NCBI GenBank assembly: GCA_964482735.1
Contig: CAYZYV010000003.1
Coordinates: forward strand, 63,097 to 127,096
Origin: an uncultured Candidatus Saccharibacteria bacterium
GTDB taxonomy: Bacteria; Patescibacteriota; Minisyncoccia; Phycocordibacterales; UBA9973
DNA: 64,000 nt
Direction of reading: 5' to 3'
The notes under the pieces are model-generated. The model saw only the letters and a list, made by a program, of their open reading frames with translations, was not told the DNA's origin and ran no database searches. Position numbers and translations under genes: made by a program. Below, one piece after another: positions 58,588 through 64,000 of this stretch. Position 1 is the stretch's first letter. Every line of letters begins with the position of its first letter.

Positions 58588-58890
58588 ATGTCATTCAAAT
58601 CATTTATTACGAAAAAAGCACTTCAGATGAAAGGTGTGTCTGCTGATCAAGCTGAAGAAATTGCAAAAAAATTAGAAGAAAATCCAGAAATGGTTGCGAG
58701 TATGAAGTCATTAGAAGACAATAAAGAAGTAAAAGCCTTGTTTGATAAAATTACAAAAGAAATTGAAGAAAAGAAAAAAGGCGGACTTGCAGAACAGTAC
58801 GCAGCGGTTTTAGTTATGGGGAAGTATAAGAATGAAATAATGAAATACAGAGAAGAACTTGAGCCTCTTCTTCGTTTAATGCAGAAATAA
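58588..58890 (+). CDS. Hypothetical protein
   Basis: 100-aa helical ORF with genome-typical codon use. Confidence 0.75.
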   Translation: MSFKSFITKKALQMKGVSADQAEEIAKKLEENPEMVASMKSLEDNKEVKALFDKITKEIEEKKKGGLAEQYAAVLVMGKYKNEIMKYREELEPLLRLMQK

Positions 58891-58904
58891 TTTATCTTTT
58901 GTTT

Positions 58905-59426
58905 ATGAAAAATAATTTTAAAAAGAAAATTATAATCGTAAACGACTTGATGCAAAAGAATTATCGGTACGAATTATCTGAACCAGAAGGCAGGAATTTT
59001 GACAAGGATTTCAAACCCGATCTAACTCCTAAACAAATGTTAGCGCTGGGTGTTTTTGGTGGAAAGTATATGACAGATTGTAAAAAAGAATTTCCTAAAG
59101 AATGGTGGGTAAAAACTAAACTTTGTCATGACTTTCATGACCCAAAACTTAATTATTTTGGAGTGAATGCAAGCCAACCACTTAGCGTATGGAGAAAGAA
59201 GGGATGGATTTACAAAGATGATCCAAGGGGTTGGTTCCAGTGGTATTGTAGATATTATATGGGGCGAAGACTAGGCGAAGAAGATAAGAGACAGATAAAA
59301 AGATGGAAAGCCATGAGTAGACACGTTGCTCAAGTTGTCAAAAACTGCCAAGTGGGTGATATTTATTGTCGCAGGGTTCAACGTCAGGCTTTGTTACATT
59401 GGGCGTATGACAGTAGAAAATTTTAA
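58905..59426 (+). CDS. Conserved hypothetical Trp-rich protein
   Basis: TPKQML.LGVFGG, DPRGWFQWYCRYYMGRR, RQALLHWAYD. Confidence 0.8.
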   Translation: MKNNFKKKIIIVNDLMQKNYRYELSEPEGRNFDKDFKPDLTPKQMLALGVFGGKYMTDCKKEFPKEWWVKTKLCHDFHDPKLNYFGVNASQPLSVWRKKGWIYKDDPRGWFQWYCRYYMGRRLGEEDKRQIKRWKAMSRHVAQVVKNCQVGDIYCRRVQRQALLHWAYDSRKF

Positions 59427-59506
59427 AAATGATATAATAATTATATTGAAGTGATCGGTTTTGTTTGGTTTTTAAGGTTTATTATAAAAATAATTTATTT
59501 AAAAAT

Positions 59507-59935
59507 ATGAAAAATTTAAAAAGTTTTAAAGTGTTCTTTATGATAATGTCGTCGGCAGGAGTTTTGTTTTCGGGATATATGAGCGGAGTTAAATTGTTTT
59601 CTGATACTTGTGCTTTTGGTGAGACCTGCCCGTTATTTTTGGGTATGCCAGCGTGTTATATTGGGTTTATTTTATTCCTATCACTCTTCTTGATTTCTTT
59701 AGCTTTTATATTAAACAAAAAAGATGCAAAAACAATTTCCAAAAAGCTACTCCTTATTTCATTACTAGGGGTTATTTATTCTCTAAATTTTGCTATTCCA
59801 GAATTGCCATCGCTTTTCAAAAATGGATTTAGCGCTTATTTACTAGGTTTGCCTACCTGTGTAATGGGAAGCTTATTCTTCATAGCAATCTTTATTGGAG
59901 CAATAATTTTTTACAAGAAAGTTAAAATGCAATAA
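59507..59935 (+). CDS. 4-TM Cys-containing membrane protein (VKOR/DsbB-like)
   Basis: CAFGETC...LGMPAC and LGLPTC motifs with TM helices. Confidence 0.6.
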   Translation: MKNLKSFKVFFMIMSSAGVLFSGYMSGVKLFSDTCAFGETCPLFLGMPACYIGFILFLSLFLISLAFILNKKDAKTISKKLLLISLLGVIYSLNFAIPELPSLFKNGFSAYLLGLPTCVMGSLFFIAIFIGAIIFYKKVKMQ

Positions 59936-59960
59936 TGTCTTTCTCAAAATAAAAACCCAC

Positions 59961-60581
59961 TTAGTGGGTTTTTATTTTCTTTGATTTATATATTTTTACA
60001 AAACAATAAGCTATACCAACCAAGGATAATATTATTAAAATTTCTTTATAGTATTTTGTAAATAATTCTTGATTCATGCCAATAAAATATCCCAGACCAG
60101 CTAATATGGTAACCCAAATAAACGAACCCAATGTTGTATATACCAAAAAAGAAGTAAAATTCATTTTACAAAAACCAGCAGGAATTGAAATTAATTGTCT
60201 AATAACCGGGACTAGTCTACCAATAAAAGTAGCTGATTTAGAATTTTTTAGAAAATATTTTTCTGCTCTCTCCATTTTTTCTCTGTTTATAAAAATAAAT
60301 TTAGCATACTTATGTTCTGAAAGTTTATAGACAATGGGTCTACCCAAGTAGTAACCAATTACATAGTTAAAGATTGCTCCAATTAAACTTCCTAACGTTC
60401 CAACTATGATAATAATAAAAATATTCATTTTCCCTAGGCTGGCTAAATAAGCAGCGGGAGGCACTATTATTTCAGAAGGCATAGGAATAAAAGAGCTCTC
60501 TATGGTCATTAGAATCATAACGCCTGTGTACCCAAGGCCTTCGGTGATAGATATAAAAAAGTTAAAAAGACTGGTTAACAT
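59961..60581 (-). CDS. dedA: DedA family membrane protein
   Basis: ESSFIPMPSE, GRLVPVIRQLISIPAG. Confidence 0.92.
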   Translation of the reverse strand: MLTSLFNFFISITEGLGYTGVMILMTIESSFIPMPSEIIVPPAAYLASLGKMNIFIIIIVGTLGSLIGAIFNYVIGYYLGRPIVYKLSEHKYAKFIFINREKMERAEKYFLKNSKSATFIGRLVPVIRQLISIPAGFCKMNFTSFLVYTTLGSFIWVTILAGLGYFIGMNQELFTKYYKEILIILSLVGIAYCFVKIYKSKKIKTH

Positions 60582-60682
60582 GATATTAATACTATCTTAA
60601 CTTATACTTTTAATCAAATAATAATATTGGTGCATTTTTAAACAAATTCTGATAATATAACGATTATGAGTTTATTAATCGG

Positions 60683-60731
60683 CCCCAGAAGTAAAAATTT
60701 AAATCGTTTGCACTTAAATTTTACTACGGGG
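60683..60731 (+). mobile_element. 49-bp CCCCAGAAGTA...TACTACGGGG hairpin element behind a duplicated ychF start
   Basis: ccccagaagtaaaaatttaaatcgtttgcacttaaattttactacgggg; 60664-60683 repeats 60790-60809 (19/20). Confidence 0.75.
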
Positions 60732-60791
60732 TAAAAGGTGATATTTATTAAGTTTTTTATCAAATTAGATATTTAGTAGACAATTAATGTT

Positions 60792-61904
60792 ATGAGTTTA
60801 TCAATCGGCATTGTAGGGCTTCCAAATGTTGGGAAAAGCACATTATTTAATGCTTTAACAAAAAAGGGGGTTCCTTCAGAAAATTATCCATTTTGTACAA
60901 TTGACCCATCCGTAGGGATTGTGGCTGTTCCTGATGATCGTCTTTGGAAATTGTCTGATTTTTCCAAGTCTGCAAAAACTATCCCAGCGGCAATAGAATT
61001 CGTAGACATTGCCGGTCTAGTTAAAGGTGCTTCAAAAGGGGAAGGGTTGGGAAATAAGTTTCTCGCAAACATCCGTGAAGTTGATGCTATATTGGAGATG
61101 GTAAGAATATTCCCAGTAAAGACAGAGAGGACAAATGAAATAATTCACGTTTATGGAAACGTGGATCCACTTCGAGATATTGAAGTTATAAACTTAGAAC
61201 TAATTCTTGCTGACTTAGAAACGGTGGTAAAAAGAAGAACTAATTTATCTCATGACTTAAAAAGAGGAGTGAAAGATGCCGTGATAGAGGATAAAGCTCT
61301 TGTAAAATTAGAAATTGCTTTTGAAAAAGCTCAAATGGCAAATACTGTTTCTTTTGATGAAAAAGAGATAGAGAAAATAAAAATGTTGAATCTTTTAACA
61401 ATGAAGCCATTTATCTATGGATTGAATAAAAGAGGTGAAGGTGGAAATTTAGATGAAACTGATCCAGAGACTTTCAAAATGGTGACTGACTATATTAAAA
61501 GTACTGGGTCTACTTATGTAATTGTTGATGCAAAAATTGAAGATGAATTAAAAGATTTTGAAGGAGAGGAAAAAGAAATACTTCGAAAAGAAATGGGGGG
61601 AGATGATGATGGTATTAATAGCCTTATTAAAGAAGGGTACAATCTCCTTGGACTAGAGACTTATTTTACGACAGGAGAAGATGAGACACGTGCTTGGACT
61701 ATCAAGAAGGGAAGCACAGCTCCTGTGGCAGGAATGGCTATACATACAGATTTTAGAGATAAATTTATAAGGGCTGAAGTAGTTAATTGGCAAGAATTAT
61801 TAAACGCTGGAAGCTATGCCGAAGCTCGGGCCAAAGGAAAAATCAGAACAGAAGGTAAAGAATATATCGTTAAGGATGGGGATGTAATAGAATTTAAAAT
61901 ATAA
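60792..61904 (+). CDS. ychF: Redox-regulated ATPase YchF
   Basis: GIVGLPNVGKSTLFN, NYPFCTIDP, DIAGLV, EGKEYIVKDGD. Confidence 0.97.
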   Translation: MSLSIGIVGLPNVGKSTLFNALTKKGVPSENYPFCTIDPSVGIVAVPDDRLWKLSDFSKSAKTIPAAIEFVDIAGLVKGASKGEGLGNKFLANIREVDAILEMVRIFPVKTERTNEIIHVYGNVDPLRDIEVINLELILADLETVVKRRTNLSHDLKRGVKDAVIEDKALVKLEIAFEKAQMANTVSFDEKEIEKIKMLNLLTMKPFIYGLNKRGEGGNLDETDPETFKMVTDYIKSTGSTYVIVDAKIEDELKDFEGEEKEILRKEMGGDDDGINSLIKEGYNLLGLETYFTTGEDETRAWTIKKGSTAPVAGMAIHTDFRDKFIRAEVVNWQELLNAGSYAEARAKGKIRTEGKEYIVKDGDVIEFKI

Positions 61905-61942
61905 CTTTATTTAGTCGTAATAAAATAAACAATCACTTCTCG

Positions 61943-61994
61943 TTCCGTAGTAAACTTTAAAAGTATTTTGTTTTTTAAAGTTTTACTACTGGGA
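61943..61994 (-). mobile_element. Same hairpin element, inverted, at the ychF 3' end
   Basis: Minus strand tcccagtagtaaaactttaaaa...ttttaaagtttactacggaa. Confidence 0.75.
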
Positions 61995-62032
61995 TTGTTA
62001 AAGATGGAGACGTAATAGAATTCAAAATCTAA
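61994..62032 (+). pseudogene. Duplicated 3' fragment of ychF (IVKDGDVIEFKI*)
   Basis: Matches 61866-61904 with six differences, all synonymous. Confidence 0.92.
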
Positions 62033-62033
62033 T

Positions 62034-62438
62034 ATGAGCAAAGGAGAAGAAGGGGTAATATTTGTATTATTCAAAGACAACAAAATATTACTGCAACAAA
62101 GAGATAAAAATTGTAAAAAATTTCCATTCAAATGGTGTATTCCTGGTGGAGGAAGAGAAGAAAATGAAAGTTATGAAAAAACTCTTTTGAGAGAAATTAA
62201 AGAAGAGTTTGATATGGATTTGAATGTAGAACAATGTGAATATATAACAGATTATCCAAATAATGAAATTAGAGTGTATTTGTGTAAAATAAACCCAGAC
62301 CAAATACCAACTTTGAATGAGGGAATGGCAATGAAATGGGGGTCCATTCAAGAAATAAAAAATATGGAATTAGGATTTAATCAAGATAAACTAATTTTAT
62401 TATTAGAAAGTTATTTAGAAAAAACCAATGATTACTAA
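62034..62438 (+). CDS. Nudix hydrolase
   Basis: WCIPGGGREENESYEKTLLREIKEEF. Confidence 0.9.
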   Translation: MSKGEEGVIFVLFKDNKILLQQRDKNCKKFPFKWCIPGGGREENESYEKTLLREIKEEFDMDLNVEQCEYITDYPNNEIRVYLCKINPDQIPTLNEGMAMKWGSIQEIKNMELGFNQDKLILLLESYLEKTNDY

Positions 62439-63030
62439 TTTACAGAAAGTCTATCCGAATCCTTGGATACGGGCAGAAGAAATATTAAAAAAAGATGGGG
62501 TAGTAGTTTTACCCACAGATACACTGTATGGCATTATTGGTAGTGCTTTATCTAAGAAGGCGGTTGAAATGATATATGAAATAAAAGGACGAGATGAAAA
62601 TAAACCTTTTATTGTTTTAATAAATTCGTTTGAACAGTTGAAAATTTTTGGAATTAAGATAACAAAAGAGCAGACCAAAACTTTTCAGAAGTTTTGGCCT
62701 GGTAAGGTAAGTGTTGTTTTGCCGACTCCCTCAAAAAAGTGGGACTATCTTCATCGGGGAGAAAACACTGTCGCTTTTAGAATGGTGGGACAAAAGAATA
62801 AAAATCTTTTTGATTTAATAAATAAAATTGGCCCCGTCGTAGCCCCTAGCGTAAATAAGCAAGGAGAAAAACCAGCAGAAACGATAAAAGAAGCAAAAAA
62901 TTATTTTGAGAACAATGTTGATTTATATATAAATACGGGGGTAAGAAAATCATTGCCTTCGACAATTGTAAAGTTTGAAAATGATAAAATTATAATTTTA
63001 AGGCAAGGACAAACAAAAATAAAAATCTGA
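62428..63030 (+). CDS. tsaC: Threonylcarbamoyl-AMP synthase (Sua5/YrdC)
   Basis: PTDTLYG, KGRDENKP, FWPG, APSVN, PSTIV. Confidence 0.93.
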   Translation: MITNLQKVYPNPWIRAEEILKKDGVVVLPTDTLYGIIGSALSKKAVEMIYEIKGRDENKPFIVLINSFEQLKIFGIKITKEQTKTFQKFWPGKVSVVLPTPSKKWDYLHRGENTVAFRMVGQKNKNLFDLINKIGPVVAPSVNKQGEKPAETIKEAKNYFENNVDLYINTGVRKSLPSTIVKFENDKIIILRQGQTKIKI

Positions 63031-63054
63031 TTAATCAGATTTTTATTTTTGTTT
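63011..63054. repeat. Perfect 44-bp palindrome at the convergent tsaC / DUF1003 junction
   Basis: aaacaaaaataaaaatctgatt|aatcagatttttatttttgttt. Confidence 0.9.
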
Positions 63055-63591
63055 ACTATCTTTAGTTTTTTTGAGATGATTTAAGTGCTGTTGTTTTAAA
63101 TCGATTACTTCTTCTATTAGTTTGCCGAGGGTGTCTTCTATTCTAGCTAGCATTAGGTCATCTTTTTTCTCATCCTCATCTTCTTCTTGGATGTCTTCAA
63201 CATCCTCCTGGATATCATCAACGTCTTTTTGAATATCATCAACATCTTTTTGAATCTCATCGACATCACCCTGAATCTCATCAACGTCTTTTTGAATCTC
63301 ATCAACGTCCTCTTGAATTTCTCCAACATCTTTTGCAACCAAATGAAGTTTTCTTGCCTGACGATTAACACTCATTTGTATAAAAATAGATAGGTAAATG
63401 GCCTCGAGGGAAACTATAGTGGTAAGTACCAAAAGAATATCATCGAGGTCTATCCCGTAAAAATACAAAGCAAAAGCAAATATAAAAAGTGCTGTATGTA
63501 CTAAAAGCGAGTTGGTAGATCCAACCCATCTTGTTGCCTTCGTTGATATTTTTTCTATGGTGTCCCCAGATTTTCTTCTTAATTCCTCCAT
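63043..63591 (-). CDS. DUF1003-like membrane protein with acidic heptad repeats
   Basis: LTTIVSLEAIYLSIFIQMSVNR; seven (K/E/G)DV(D/E/G)(E/D)IQ repeats at 63187-63333. Confidence 0.8.
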   Translation of the reverse strand: MEELRRKSGDTIEKISTKATRWVGSTNSLLVHTALFIFAFALYFYGIDLDDILLVLTTIVSLEAIYLSIFIQMSVNRQARKLHLVAKDVGEIQEDVDEIQKDVDEIQGDVDEIQKDVDDIQKDVDDIQEDVEDIQEEDEDEKKDDLMLARIEDTLGKLIEEVIDLKQQHLNHLKKTKDSKQK

Positions 63592-63678
63592 AACTTATTT
63601 TATTATATACCATATTTCTGCTATAATACAAGAATTCAAGGTTAATTATTTTATTAGAGGTAAAATTACTTATAAAAC

Positions 63679-64000
63679 ATGAAGGAATATAATCATTTAG
63701 AAATTGAAAAGAAGTGGCAGAAGAATTGGGAGAAAAAAGATGTCTATAAGACATTGAATAATACGAATGACAAAAAGATGTATGTTCTGGACATGTTTCC
63801 ATATCCGTCAGGTGCAGGTCTTCATGTGGGCCACCCAAGAGGGTATATAGGGAGTGATGTTTATGCCAGGATGAAAAGGATGGAAGGATTTAATGTGCTT
63901 CATCCTATGGGTTATGATGCTTTCGGTTTGCCAGCAGAGCAATATGCCCTTGAACATAAAATCCACCCCAGGAAGGCTGTAGAAGAAAATGTAAAAACAT
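63679..64000 (+). CDS. leuS: Leucyl-tRNA synthetase (3'-truncated by window edge)
   Basis: Manual translation [14 protein letters not shown]...[16 protein letters not shown]...[13 protein letters not shown]. Confidence 0.96.
   Translation, partial: MKEYNHLEIEKKWQKNWEKKDVYKTLNNTNDKKMYVLDMFPYPSGAGLHVGHPRGYIGSDVYARMKRMEGFNVLHPMGYDAFGLPAEQYALEHKIHPRKAVEENVKT

Noticed and set aside
63440-63838. 132-aa minus-strand ORF
   Set aside because: Antisense to the leuS start and out of frame with the DUF1003-like gene; shadow ORF
1-64000. Complete DGR cassette (TR, RT, Avd), or an autonomous transposase or integrase
   Set aside because: No second copy of the 4577-4714 region was found by eye, and no ORF has RT, DDE, HUH or recombinase motifs
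1-64000. Alternative genetic code 25 (TGA=Gly)
   Set aside because: Conserved genes are full length under code 11, and uvrB and tsaC end in TGA at the expected positions

Overview
This window is AT-rich chromosomal DNA from a CPR/Patescibacteria (Parcubacteria-like) bacterium using genetic code 11 (TGA ends uvrB and tsaC). It is mostly housekeeping: gyrB (partial), thrS, rpmF, nusB-Nudix, rnc, smc, rnr, rpsP-khpA-trmD, rpoB-rpoC-dnaG-rpoD, tsf, rpsB, proS, mreBC, tgt, uvrB, uvrA, uvrC, rpmG, miaA, ychF, tsaC and leuS (partial). It also has four tRNAs (Thr, Ala, Leu, Trp), two type IV pilins, a type IIG/ISP-like restriction-modification gene with a NYN gene, and tandem VirD4/HerA-like ATPases. 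Four signals stand out. (1) A family of short, non-coding, covarying hairpin elements (CCCAG.AGTA...TACTACGGGG and relatives) sits at gene termini (uvrB 5', ychF 5' and 3') and pilin cleavage sites, each time beside a duplicated copy of the target. At the three protein termini the spacing is a near-constant 126-128 bp. At ychF 3' the two copies differ only at synonymous sites. Related multi-hairpin units flank three tRNA genes. No mobilising enzyme is in the window. (2) A type IV pilin fused to a CLec/DUF1566-like domain whose last 45 codons look like a DGR variable region; no TR or RT is seen in the window. (3) A Thr T-box with an apparently ultra-short Stem I. (4) A circularly permuted DsbA. 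Several orphan promoter-terminator units are candidate sRNAs. All calls come from reading the sequence; no database searches were run.
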